Under the pieces are notes generated by a model. It ran no database searches and was not told the origin of the DNA. It saw nothing but the letters and a program-made list of their open reading frames with translations. A DNA stretch of 63,916 nt, the filler included, from Choristocarpus tenellus KU-1152 (lineage: Eukaryota; Protista; Phaeophyceae): NCBI GenBank assembly GCA_964200185.2. It is 10 parts of 10 records of this genome, joined end to end, with 100 filler letters (N's around TTAATTAATTAA, not from the genome) between each part and the next. Parts side by side here need not be neighbours in the genome. Positions count along the whole stretch, not along the records: positions 31,505 to 38,655 come from CAXNAD020006615.1; positions 38,756 to 45,786 come from CAXNAD020006818.1; positions 45,887 to 52,074 come from CAXNAD020008720.1; 7 more parts are not named here. The stretch is one strand, 5' to 3'. Both the position numbers and the translations under genes were made by a program. Shown piece by piece: positions 37,038-49,506 of the stretch; positions within the stretch are counted from its first letter, which is position 1, and the number at the start of each line of letters is the position of its first letter.

Positions 37038-39216
37038 GGGCTTAAGAAATAACCATGCAAGGGAGGACCATGCCTTCTGAATGTGTTGTTCCTGTTGCCT
37101 AAACTTCCCCTTCCCCCCCCCCCCCCCCCCCCCCCCCACCCACCCCACACACCACACAAACAACAAAAAAAAAAAAAAAAACAAAATGTTTAGGTTTGTT
37201 TGTTNNNNNNNNNNAAAAAAAAACCATGCAAGGGGGGACCCTCCCCTTTGAATTGTTTTTTCCCTTTTCCTAAACTCCCCCCCCCCCCCCCCCCCCCCTT
37301 CCACACACACACAACACACACAGCACACACAACAAGAAAATCACTGCACTGCATTGGTATTGGTGGTGTCTATCTGTCAGTGTCTGTGTTGGTATGTACA
37401 TAAGACATTCTCAATGAGATAAATCAGATCCCTCAAGGTCTTGTAGGTGGAGAAAAATGGTGGGAGTCAAACTGTGAGTTGTGGACTATGGGTGGTTCAG
37501 AAGGGGAAAAGCAAGAATGGCACATGCACCCACCTGGCATGGGTTTGTTTCGATTGCCTTCCTCTGGTTGGTTTCTGTTTGAACTATCAGTAGCCTTCCT
37601 ATCCTACAGGTGACCGTAATGGGTAGGGTTAGGGTGTGGTTTGGAGGAGACACGAAAGGCTATGGTATGTGCCGGAATACACAAAGGAACAGGAAGGAGC
37701 ATCTTATGTGTAGGGTGACTTTGGGGGGCACAGGATGCAAGATGTAGGATACATACATCCTTGCCCCTCTCTTGTTGTAACCTATCAAATACGAAGTATG
37801 AGGGGAGGCTCACTGTTGTAACAGCCACCTCAAGGGTACGCCGGACAGGATAGGGAGTGGGGTGGGTCATTCTCCCATCCTGTTGGTTGTCCTTGTAGAT
37901 ACGCTAACATTTCAGAAGGGCCTGACAGGGTTAGGGTTGGTGGTGTGTGGCGTGGCGGATGTTAAAAATTGATTGATAGTTGCACTCTGGTGCTTGGTAC
38001 TGGCTGTGTATGCATGCTGTGTCAGGAGAGGGAGGGGCGGGGCAAGGGGGAGGGTAAGAACCAGTAGTGTAGCATGTCTTCGTTTGTTTTTCTTGTTTCT
38101 GTTTGTTTTGTTTGTGTTGTCAGGTTCTACCTTGGTTTTGGCGGGCAGGCTTTTGCTCCCAATGTGCTCAAGTTTGCGCATGGGGTTTTGGCTTTTGGCC
38201 TTGGTTTTGCACCCACATATTTGGGGAGGGGCTTGGTGTTGATGACATTGTACTGTACAAGGTGATTTTGTTATTTTGGCTGAAGGACTGCAAGTCCGTA
38301 TCACCTCACCTTGCAAGTGCGTTCTTCTAGTGTCAGATGCCCACAGCTTTGGGATGTAAGAAAATATTACAGAAAAATGAGGATACCTCTTGAGTAATCT
38401 CAGGCTCCCTTGTATGCTGATCATGCTGGGTGTGGAGTTACTGAAGTGTATTGAGAAACAGCATTTTGCTCACACCTTCAAGATGTATAACAGATGAAAA
38501 AGGTATGCAGACAACATGTGCAGTGTGTAACTGTAACATGTGTAACTGTAACATGCATAACTGTAGATGAGACGCACACACGAAAGCGGAGGTTGAGGTT
38601 ACAGTTTGCTGACAGTTAACAGGGGAATCTCAAAATTGAGGAAGGCGCGGGACTANNNNNNNNNNNNNNNNNNNNNNNNNNNNNNNNNNNNNNNNNNNNT
38701 TAATTAATTAANNNNNNNNNNNNNNNNNNNNNNNNNNNNNNNNNNNNNNNNNNNNAAAGAGAAAAGAGAGACGAGCCCCCCCCCCCCCCCCCCCCCGTCC
38801 ACGCCTACCACCTGTTGAGGTCATGCACAACCTCTAATCTAAGCAAGGGTTACCAAAGGTATCTGTCTCAATAAAACATAGAACCACAAAGAATCACTGC
38901 TACCACAACATTCAGTGATACAAAAAAAATAAATCACCTAATACATTGTACTGCGACATTTTTTTTTTTTTGCTTGCTCTGAGAATGAAAAGATACACCA
39001 AGCAAAGCCGTCCTCATTGACTAAGTTTCTTGATCCGACGTTGAGAGCGGCACCCTCCATCCTCCCTTCTCAACACACAAAACAAACGCAGGATTTAGGG
39101 ACAATTTTCAGAAAATGAAATAAAGATACAGTCTTCTCCTACAACAATTACACACACACACACACACACACACATTTATTATAGCTTGTCGGGTTTTCTT
39201 CCTGGTTACTACTCAC

Positions 39217-41164
39217 CATTCTGAGGACTGCGGAGGGGACCTCCCCAGCAAGGCTGTTCCAGCTCAAGTTCAGCGAATCCAATTTGTTGAGATTGGATAG
39301 CTCCACTGGCACCGCCCCTGTGAGATTGTTAGAGTTGAGGAGCAGCTTGCGGAGTGATCGCAATCTGCCCAGACTTCGAGGAATTTGTCCTTCGAGGTAA
39401 TTGAGGTGTAGAAACAGCTCCTCCAGGTTTTCCAAGAGGCCCAACGACTCGGGTATAGAACCTGTTGTTATTGTTGTTGTTGTTGTGTGTGCATATCACC
39501 TCCAGAATCAGTGTACAAGTGAAAGCAGATCACCGTTTGAAGTTCCTCCTCACAGTTTCTTTTTGTTTTGCCGGCGACAGAGGTAGACCATGAAGAGAGT
39601 GCAAAACAACTACAACAGAGATAAGACATTGCTTTGAAAATACTACTACTACTGCTAGTAACAATGCAAAATATACATATATATATATGAAAACCTTCGT
39701 TTGCAGAAAAATGCCAATGTCAGTAAGTGTCCACGACAAATATTGGTATTCTTCGGCGAGTCTCACAAAAAGATGCGCCATAGTCATCGTGAACATACAC
39801 CCAGCAGGAAGATTGAGAGCAAAAATTCTCTTTGCGGACACAACTTCCCTTGTTCAACATTCACGTCCCGCCCCCACCCTGGCACTCACGACTGCCAATT
39901 ATTCAACATCCTCACTTCCAAGCCGGTGAGTTGCACGATTGCAAGAAGAGGGATAGGCAATAGGCAAGGTGGCAGAGGAGTGATACAAAACAGACCAAGA
40001 GCAGGGGGCTCGAGCGTGGTGTACATATACATAAGCACACTCACAGGTAAAGATGACCATTGATAACATTGCTTCTCTTGATGGCAAGATGCATGAGGTT
40101 GAGTATTAACTGTTCAACTTACCAGAGAGTCCTGCGCCGTACAAGTGAAGAGTCTTAAGGTGTGTCAAGGCGCCTATGGCCTTTGGGATCCATCCTCGCA
40201 TCTCAAAGTTGTATGACAGGTTCAGCTCACGCAGGCTTATCATATCGCACACGGAGTCCGGAATTTCACCCTGTCGCATCCGTACGGGTTAGCGTTCGGG
40301 CGGGGTGATACGAGCTGAAATGCAAAAAGCTATTCGGAAATGGAGCAGAAAAACGACTGGGGTACGGAAAGTTGGGTTGGGCGGAGGTTGAGCATGGGGA
40401 GGGGAAGAGCTTGGGGGGCATTCTGAGATAGTTCTTGAGGTGTGTGTTGGGAAGGAGTCTCAGAGATGTGATGCCTAGTTTGATGGCATCAACATCACCC
40501 ATATTCCATAGATATTGTGGACACCTAACAGAAGAGGCAGTCAGAGTCTCACATCAAGGTTGTTGGAGATGAGGTTGATAGATTCCAGTTCCCCGTTGTT
40601 GTTTATTGTCAGACCGTGCCAGTTTCTCACTTCACTTCCAGGGTCCATCCATCCGGTCTTGCACTTCCACGATTGGCCTCCAAGCCAATCGTACAGGTCT
40701 TGGAGTCCTCTGTTGGCTAATCGACGAGTGCTGTCAGCTTTTATCGCCAATGAGAGTACCAGTTACAGCAGGAGTCAGTCATTTCAGGGAAATGAGACGA
40801 CACAAGGGTACATATGGAGGGCGGGAAGAAAGAATCAGTGACAGTTTGGTTCTTCGGTATAGCGAACGACTCCGTCGGTCGTGCTATGTGTGGAAGAAGT
40901 GAAGCATTCAGAAATGACTTCAGCGACGTCGCCAACTCGATGGTAAGTCGGATCACGTATCACATGTTCAAAGTTGAACGCGGGACGTTCTAAAATTTGA
41001 CAAGGAGTTCTTGAGTTCTGCCTTGTGATTGTGAGGACAAGACGGCGGACAACGACAACAATAGAAAGACAGCAAACTTCATCTCAACAAAACAACTCAC
41101 TTGATGGACGACGAACAAGACTCCTGTTGCTTCGCGCCGAGGGTAACTTGGGTTCCGGATCCAT
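39217..41164 (-). CDS. Leucine-rich repeat protein (LRRNT cap plus LxGxIP-type LRRs), partial
   Basis: Exons 40737-40553 (GLQDLYDWLGGQSWKCKTGW...WHGLTINNNGELESINLISNNLD), 40270-40123 (GEIPDSVCDMISLRELNLSYN...) and 39461-39217 (GSIPESLGLLENLEELFLHLNYLEGQIP...) are phase-consistent GT-AG. A tentative first exon is 41164-41101 (MDPEPKLPSARSNRSLVRRPS). The 3' end was not resolved. Confidence 0.88.
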
Positions 41165-42345
41165 AGAGTATTGATGCTCATGTTTCCGTTCATCAATCCC
41201 TCTGTGCATTCCTCCAAAAGTTTCCCTCTCAGTATATCTTGACCTCATCGCTCCGAGGTCTGGAGCAACAGAGTAGTCCTGGCAAACAGTTCAGTCTGCA
41301 GACCAAGCACCTTTGATAAATTCTTCCAAAAAAACCGAAGTTTCTACCTTCACAGGTCTCAAGCCTACTCACACTTCCGATGACGACCACAAGTACTTTT
41401 TACCCCTGTACCTTAAAGAGAATTCCTCAACAAAGGTCAAATAGCGTACTTCTCGCCTCATGTACAATTGTGCTTTGTCTATGTTCAACTAGAGTTCATT
41501 CAGTAAGTGTGATTTATACACGACTGTCCTGTTGTGCTAGGGCAGGAAGTATGTTGCGCAGTGTTGATCCTGGAGAAAAGTAGGGACAATCACATACAAT
41601 GGCATCATATCAGCATCATATCATCCTACCGCAACTCACACCACAATAATTGAACGGAAAAGAAACGCCTTTTGTTTTAGAGGTCTTGCAATATTCTGTT
41701 TTTAGCAAGTTCAGTCAGTTTCGAATTTCGAAGTTTTGAGGTGATAATCTTAATTATTGTATGCATCTGTATTAAAAACCCTATCATTTTATGTTTCTCT
41801 TTTTTGTTTTCAGTCAACTATTCATAAAGACACTCGAATATAGATTGTTGATTGAGAGTGTCGTTTTGTGTCAATTTAGGAAGATGAAGTGTACAGTGCA
41901 GATGTCCATGAAATAATAAAGATACTTAGTAGGGTAGTGGGGGAACAACTTCCTCAAAACTACAACCTAGCTAAGTAGGAAGGGGCGAAGAATGAGAGTT
42001 GAGGCTAGATAATAGTCCATAGTTGTGTAGGGGCCTAGACTAACCATTCTCTGATCGTCTTTGACGTTCGTTTGATCTTACTTTGACCTGTGATCAGGGT
42101 TTGGTCAGAAACGAGAACAGGTGTGCAAGATAGTGAGAGAGGAAAAGTAGGAGGTTGGTAAAAGTACAATCGAGTAGATACTATATAATACGTCATATTA
42201 CTATCTGTGGCGACTCTTGGATCTTCGTGTGACAGAGGAAGGAGGGCCACTGCCGCGCCATTCATATTGCTCCAGGTCAGGATTCAACTTGGACGGGGGG
42301 TAGGATAAGGTAGCAGTGCATAGTCATCCCATTGGAAGGAAGACA

Positions 42346-44807
42346 ATGGATCACGCCAATGTTGAAATTGTAGACTATGAGAGGACGGATAAAGGAAGGG
42401 GACACGTCGTCTACAATATCCGGGTGAGTAACACACCTTTGTTGAAGTACGATGGTAAAGGTGTAAGAAGGGGTGTGCTATCAATAGGGCTAGAGAAGGA
42501 GAAGTGTTCAACGTCGACACCTAAACGATAGCCTGTCGAAGAGACAATGTGGGGAATCGCAGACCGTCTAGTTTCCCTTGCTAAGGTTGGGAGTTCAAGC
42601 AATGGTGAATATTATGTAGATTCTCTCTATATACCTCTAACGCAAACAGCAGAACTTCAAGTAAAGGAAAAATGCTTGTCTTAGATCCCTTAAAACGTTC
42701 TGTTTCCCCCCCAAACTGTGTGCGTTGCTGCATCAGGTTGAATTCCGGAACACAATCTGGATGCTGGAGAAACGATACAACGAGTTCGCCGAGCTGCATA
42801 ATATACTCACTCGCGAACAAGGCAAGCTGGAGATGGAATTGCCAAAACGACGACTCTGGGGGCGGTGAGTATGACAGCCTGCTATCGACATGATGCTGTA
42901 GAGTTCCATTAATCCTAGACCAAACTTTTTGCGTCCGGTCTTCCACGTGCTTTCATAATCTGGTGTTTCACCACACTTGTTGTTTGTGCGAGTTTGAACA
43001 TGTAGGGCGAGGATGCTTCCAAGATAGAGTGTTGTCTTCTTTTTTACCGAATATTCGCCCTGACCTGTGTTATTCTGTTTCATGTCTAGAGGGGAGCACT
43101 TGTTGCTGTACCGAAGGGCAGGATGTTTGCTCATGTATAGAAATATACGTCTCGACTAGCCCGAGCTTGCACATTTTCAAGCTGCCACGATTGGTTTTTT
43201 GTAGTCCTTGTGTATCCCATGTAAGCCTCAAAAGGTCTGGGTCCTTTTGTCTGTTGGCTGCAGCTTGTTAGTATTTAACATGTATTTCAACCAAAAAAAT
43301 TGAACCACCTGACCCTCAGCAATAGTCGACGAAGCAAGTGGGCATGTTTCTCGATTGTGTTCCCTTTGTACTTCCTACACAAACAACCCCCTTACTGTAG
43401 AGTATGATATATTTTGAGGGTTGTAGGGATGTGTGTTGAACCTCCTCCCCCCCCCAAAAAATAAAACAGAACCTACCCCACTGTGAAGGTTTTCAATTGT
43501 CTGCCAATACAAGACATGGTAGCAACTCTTAAGTGGCAACCACTTCACTTCTGATTTATTGTTGACCTCTCTTTTGTCAGACTTAAACCTAATTTTTACA
43601 TAAGGGATTGCTGCAGGTCTATCACTGACTGACCTCCCCCAGAAGGCCCTTGCAGCCATTCCAGGTCTGTTATTCCTATGAACGTCTTGGTGACTATCAA
43701 ACCCCTGCGATGGGATTGAGCTTGCGTTCCCTCATCAACCATTGATGTCCTAAGTATTGATCAATGCCTCTGAGTTGTCCGCAGTACTTCTACAGAGTAA
43801 GGAGGCGGTATCTTCCAATCAATTAGTTTGTGCTGCAGTATGCATCCCCCCCCCCCGGTGCGCCTGCACTCACTACCTGCCCTTCGATCCATTGCCGTTT
43901 NNNNNNNNNNCTCTGGGTTCTCCGCAGTACTTCTACAGAATAAGGGGGGCGTATCCTCCCATCAATTTGTTTTTGCCTCCGTATGCATCCCCCCCCCCCC
44001 GGTGCGCCTGCACTCACTACCTGCCCTTCGATCCATTGCCGTTTCCCTGGCCCTGACTGCAACTGGCTCCGGCACACTATTTAAAATGTATATATATTAT
44101 ATATTATATATTATATATACATATATATATCCAGATTCCAACCTGACTTCCTTAAGACTCGAATGGAACAACTTCAGGAGTATTTGTACGGGTGTGGGCA
44201 CATTGCCTTGACAACAAGCGATGCCCTAGCAGACTTTTTCAAGGTGAGGTGTTTTTTGTGGGATGTCACCCCCACCCCCCCCCTGCATGTGTGATTCAGT
44301 GTTGGGTGTATTTTTCTACACAGTTGTAACTGTAACTAGAATCTAAGCTGTGTGTGTGTGTGTGTTAATGCACATAACTTCTGGTCTAATCCTAACCCTC
44401 AAAGTATATGCACAAACGCCTCTTGAAGTGACGATAGTGGCACCGAGGTTATTTACATTTCTTTTTAATCCTTTGTTTTCCACTTGATCGTGAAACTTTT
44501 TTATTTAAAAAAAAATGGGAGTTGGGGTTTTGGTCCCCCTCTGCATTTTTTTTAAAGAAAAATAAATAAATTTGTCTGGAGTCTTACTATTATTCTGTGT
44601 GTACTTGTCATTCATAGAGAATAGGACTTGCTTAGGGTTAGAGAGGGGAAAGTATCTTTGTGTGCAGCACTCCTGGTGCCTCTGCTTCTTTGTGATGATT
44701 GGTGCCCCTCATTGTGTTTTTGTTTAATACCAGGTAGCAGATCACATGGACTGGGGACGTCAGGATGGCAGGGGCTTGCTTGGGGCAGCAGATGACGATG
44801 CGATAGG
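42346..44807 (+). CDS. PX (Phox homology) domain protein, 5' part
   Basis: Exons 42346-42423, 42737-42864, 44135-44243 and a tentative 44734-44807 splice to MDHANVEIVDYERTDKGRGHVVYNIR|VEFRNTIWMLEKRYNEFAELHNIL...ELPKRRLWGR|FQPDFLKTRMEQLQEYL...SDALADFFK. This carries the classic PX motifs HVVY, RYxEFxxLH, LPxK/R and RxxxLxxYL. Confidence 0.88.
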
Positions 44808-44952
44808 GTGGGGATATTTATGATCATTATTATTATTATTACTATTACTATTACTATTATATTACTATCATTATTAATCATAGTTTTTATTTTTTATTTC
44901 TATTTTCTGGTTGGTGTTAGAGGTTATTATTATACATCAACCGTCTGATGCA

Positions 44953-45063
44953 GTGTTTTTTTTTAATTGATATCATGACGTTCTATAGTGTTTTTAAATT
45001 TGATATTACGATGTTCTATAGTGTTTTTAAAATTTGATATTATGATGTTCTATAGTGTTTTTT
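44953..45063. repeat. ~33-bp AT-rich tandem repeat x3
   Basis: GTGTTTTTAAATTTGATATTACGATGTTCTATA-like units. Confidence 0.8.
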
Positions 45064-45709
45064 TGCGGGAACTGTGTAGTGTGTATATATAGTGTAGATT
45101 AGTGTGTATGTGTATTATGTGTGTGTGTGTTTCAGTTTTCAATGATGAGGATGGCGTGTTTGTGAATTTGGTCTGGACGTGTGGGGTGGTTGATTGCACT
45201 CTTGTAGGACCTATCTACCAGGGGGAGGTATTGAAAGGATGATCTTAACCAGAATGTCCTATATACTAGGTGGTGTTGAATATGTCCAATCGCTGGTGCT
45301 GGTGGAGGACTAGGGTGGTCAAGCATTATCATGCTCCTGAATAGAGACATAGTTAACGTTAACTTTTTGCTAGAAGTGTTGTCAACATTAACCTAAGTGA
45401 CTGCTTTACCCATGCATGTGTGTGTGTGTGTGTCTTGTAGTTAGATTCAGTTTGTGCATTCTTTTATGAAGTTCTTAGTACGGAGATTTTTGCAGTAGGG
45501 TTAGGGTTAGGGTTAGAGGTATAATAGAGGACGTTGTCGGTGTTTTTTATGTTTAAAATAAGAATTGTTTTTTATGCTTGCCATGTGTAAAATAAGAAAA
45601 TAAGAATGCAGTGTCAAAGTGCTCGCCTGTGCTCTGTGTCACCTTGTCTTTGAATTCCAGCCTGTTTCGTCCATGAGACACTCGGGTTATGTATATATAT
45701 TTTTTGTTG

Positions 45710-45740
<31 letters not shown>

Positions 45741-46411
45741 AAACTTTTTTGTTTTGGTGGGTTGTTGGGGTTTTTTTTTTTTTTTTNNNNNNNNNNNNNN
45801 NNNNNNNNNNNNNNNNNNNNNNNNNNNNNNTTAATTAATTAANNNNNNNNNNNNNNNNNNNNNNNNNNNNNNNNNNNNNNNNNNNNCTGTAGAAAAACTG
45901 GTGGATGATGCTAATAGAAGGCTGAGAAGGCCACCACACCCCTCAGACCCTTTTTGATTGAACCTCTTTTGATAAAGCGAAAGCAAGACATCGACTGAGC
46001 TAAACATCAAGCTGACACCAAACGTGGTTATCATCTGTGGACTTTCCTCGTAGCGTCGTTTGAGGTCGTTGGATTTGAGTTGTACATTCTGGAAGGTGAG
46101 CATTGAGGGGCGCCTGTAACACAGGCTCAGGCTCAGGCTCACGCTCAGGATTGCAGCTCTGGCTGCATTGCCTCGATTAATTCCGTCATCTTGTCACAGG
46201 GTACCAGTGCTCAATATTCGGCATAGCATACCAGGTACCTAAAGTATCCCCTTGACCTCTAGTTCTTGCTTGTTATCGATCTTACCATATCCCACGTCTC
46301 CTTAGCTTCCAGCTTCCCATTTTGTTGAAGGCGCACGACCACTTTGTTGGGATGATGATGATGACACTATTGCCCGTTTCAGCTTCCTGTAGCTTATATC
46401 GGGTCTTGTGA

Positions 46412-46528
46412 TGAGCTGCACGGGGATCTAGTCCTCCGCTCGTCCTCCTTTGAGCTGCACGGGGATCTCGTCCTCCGTGCGTCCTTTGTTGAGCTGTACG
46501 GGAATCTTGTCCTCCGCGCATCCTTCGT
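46412..46528. repeat. 39-bp tandem repeat x3
   Basis: TGAGCTGCACGGGGATCTAGTCCTCCGCTCGTCCTCCTT-like units; 13-aa units (e.g. QRRTSGGLDPRAA) on the minus strand. Confidence 0.9.
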
Positions 46529-47099
46529 TGATTAATCTCTTGCGTAGATTCAGTGCAATATTCGTTCCTGTTCCGTTAGTGTCTCCATGAGTTCAGGACG
46601 ACGTATTTTCGCCGCACAATGTCTTACAGACCCTTTCGTTGGCATAAACCACCAGATATAATCTCCATGTTGTTCCAAGTCTCCACTGATCGTGCCGGTG
46701 CTCCAGTTCAGTTGGGCAAATTCTTCATGTCGTTCGGGCACATCACCTGCTCCTTTTCTCCATACTACTTGGGCTCATAACCTGTGCAAATTTACCTTGG
46801 GAGGTAATGCTATTTGTTAGTAGTGAAGATAAGAAGGTGTGAAGCCTCACACGATCCCCTTTGCTGAACGTGATTACATGGTTGAAATTAGAAGAGTGAC
46901 CTTTGTGGGGTGTCTTCTCATTGTTTGTTTATTATTATTATTGTATTTTCGCTATCTATTTCAAAGTAGCGAAAGGGAATGAATAATAAACAAATTCCAT
47001 ATATAATCTGGATGTACTATCTCATTAATTACATCACATGGATTCAATTCAGCACAATGATCTCATACACACAAAATAAGGTTCACTATTGTCCTATTT

Positions 47100-47870
47100 T
47101 GCACAATCTTGGCAGTCCCTGTGAAAGGTCCACGCCAGGAGTGAATCAATTGTGGATTAGGTCAATCACGGTCAGTATGTGGACGGTGCACCAAAACTTG
47201 ACCTCCAACTTGAAATACGGGGAAAACAAGAGTTTCATTGCTAGCCATTCTCTTAGCGTTCCGTTCTCCCAAATTGCGACGTGCTAATTCAAAAGCTAAC
47301 TGTAATTTCTCAGCTATTGATTGAGTAAACTCTTGACTGGATTGACCAACTGTAATTTTAGATAGACCAAAAAAATCATCTATCGGTAAAATTGGCCAGC
47401 ACCCAAAAAGCAGGGAAAAGGGTGTTTCTTGCAATGTGGTACTGTATGCCATATTGTGAGCCAATTGAAGGAATGGAACATCTGTCGCCCAATTATTCTG
47501 TACTATTTTACTGTACATGGACAACATTTGATGGAGAGTACGATGGGCACGCTCTAAAACAGAGTTACCCTGTGGTCTGTAGGGTGTGGTAAGGGTTATA
47601 TGGTACCCAAACCAAAGATTGAAAATATTCTTTCAAACAAAGCTTTGGCAATGGTCACTTCTTGTTTGTCTGGAATGAGAATGAGAAAAGCAAAGCGTGT
47701 CAATTGATAAATAGCCGAAAGAACATATCAGCATCCACAGGAAATGGTTTTATATTGTACAAGAGCAACAGCAATCCGTTCGAATGGTCGAGTGGCAGGA
47801 ATTTGTCCTTGAGGCAATGTAGGACGTCTGTGAGAAGTTTTCGTCTTTGGTAAAGTTGACATCTTTCACA
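47100..47870 (-). mobile_element. Ty3/Gypsy LTR retrotransposon integrase remnant
   Basis: The minus strand reads TTPYRPQGNSVLERAHRTLHQMLSMY...NWATDVPFLQLAHNMAYSTTLQETPFSLLFGCWPILP...LQLAFELARRNL...FQVGGQVLV, the Gypsy integrase core and C-terminal pattern. The upstream part is disrupted. Confidence 0.85.
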
Positions 47871-47878
47871 TCATCTCT

Positions 47879-47979
47879 TACATATCCATCCGACACATGC
47901 AACCAAATCACACAAAATCGTGACATCGAAAAATTGGCCCAGAATAGACAGTCGCCACCCCCCCCAGATACTTTGAGCC
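47879..47979 (+). mobile_element. MITE family A, right half only
   Basis: ATCCATCCGACACATGCAACCAAATCAC...CCCAGATACTTTGAGCC. Confidence 0.8.
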
Positions 47980-47987
47980 AACTCTAG

Positions 47988-48028
47988 CCTTAACCCTAAC
48001 CCTAACCCTAACCCTAACCCTAACCCTA
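47988..48028 (-). repeat. Interstitial telomeric repeat, about 6 x CCCTAA
   Basis: Direct reading; lies 8 bp from a MITE-A terminus. Confidence 0.9.
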
Positions 48029-48641
48029 TCTCCGAAACAAACCTGCTTCGAAGCCCTGTCATCGGAGTAGATGAACCATATATCTCCCTGAGCATCATGC
48101 AGGCAAATGCCATAGCTATCCCTCCGGTCAGGAGATAGGTGGTGTTCTACGACAACTTTGGAGGCGGGATCAGGGACAGGATTTGGATTCTTCGTAGGTT
48201 AGGGTTAGGGCTTCATATATGTTTTATGTTAAGCATTATGTAGTACGTATGGTCCATGTTTAGAATAGAACTAAGGTAATCACATGCTCTAAAACGACCC
48301 CCCCCCAAAAAAATATATCATTCAGTCAATTTACCGACTTAAACTTCATGATATGATCTCCGACTAATAAGATCCTCATCTGCTATATTCTACCTACTTT
48401 AACACAAAAACACAAAAATTGTTGAAAGGCATGCCTCACTAATTACACCTCGGAAAATATTGCATCCACTCATCCACCTACCTACCCCACCCAAAATGTG
48501 ACCCTCCCTCTCATCATTATATTTTGTTAGTACATAAAAATTAACGTCGATGTATATCGAACAGTTTGTTATTTCTTCAATCTGTGTGTATCGTAGAAAC
48601 AAGACTAAGGCACATAATAGACTTGGAAAAGAACAAAAAAA

Positions 48642-48865
48642 GATCCAAAGCATTTCAGAGGGTAGGGCCGCGTCCGTTCAGGGTCATAAATCCTGTATGT
48701 TGTCATTTTGATATAATTTTGGCCAATGTGTTTGTTAGCAAATGTCAATATCCTTGCTCCAGACACATCTTTCATAGTCGTGTATATTTTACCTATTCCG
48801 AAACGTTTCCGAGTAGGGAACTATTATAACAGAAAACCGAAAAATGGGCATAAAAAAACAGTGTG
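48642..48865 (+). mobile_element. MITE family B, 3'-truncated copy
   Basis: GATCCAAAGCATTTCAGAGGGTAGGGCCGCGTCC followed by the body; no right TIR. Confidence 0.8.
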
Positions 48866-49247
48866 TTTTCTGGTCTGATCAGGCAATTGCCACTGAAAAA
48901 AAAGAGACCAGAACATGAAAAATAACTGTAATGAAAAGAACGTAGGAAAACGGCCCTACTTATGAAGGCGTGAACACAGAAGCCTTGCAGGGAAATCCTT
49001 ACAATACGACATGATCAAACAATAACACCAAGGAAATGATGCCACAAGCAAATCCTCCTCTAACTCAAGCATTCACAAAGATCTCCAAGAAACTTCTCTA
49101 CGAAACTAAGCAAGAAACCAAAAAAAATGCAAAGTGGAGTACTGATTAGGAGTTGCTCCGTCTTGAGATAGGTATGTAGCTTACATGTAACTACTGTCTT
49201 CCTGCTCCCCGCACAATATTAATCTAACCTCTGCCTATAATAACCTG

Positions 49248-49506
49248 GAGTCAAAGTATCTTAGAGGGTAGAGCCGCGTCCATTTGGGGGTCAAAATCGA
49301 ATGCTGTGATTTTGATGTAATTTTAGCTATCGTATTTGTTAGGGAGTGTCAGCATCCATGTTCCGGACACACCTTTTCACAACATATACACCTCACCTAC
49401 TCCTAAACATTTTGGGGCGGGAAAATGTCATAAAACAACCCATGGGAAGTCAAGCCCCAAATGGACAAACAGGGCAAAAATCATACCCTCTAAGATACGT
49501 TCACTC
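49248..49506 (+). mobile_element. MITE family B full copy
   Basis: Runs GAGTCAAAGTATCTTAGAGGGTA...TACCCTCTAAGATACGTTCACTC; CTG on both flanks. Confidence 0.9.

Noticed and set aside
37055-37340. Duplicated AACCATGCAAGG...poly-C segment
   Set aside because: Straddles the 10-N gap at 37205-37214, with low-quality homopolymer sequence; probable mis-assembly.
43777-44045. ~125-bp tandem duplication in a PX-gene intron
   Set aside because: The two copies straddle a 10-N scaffold gap (43901-43910); likely an overlap or haplotype artefact.
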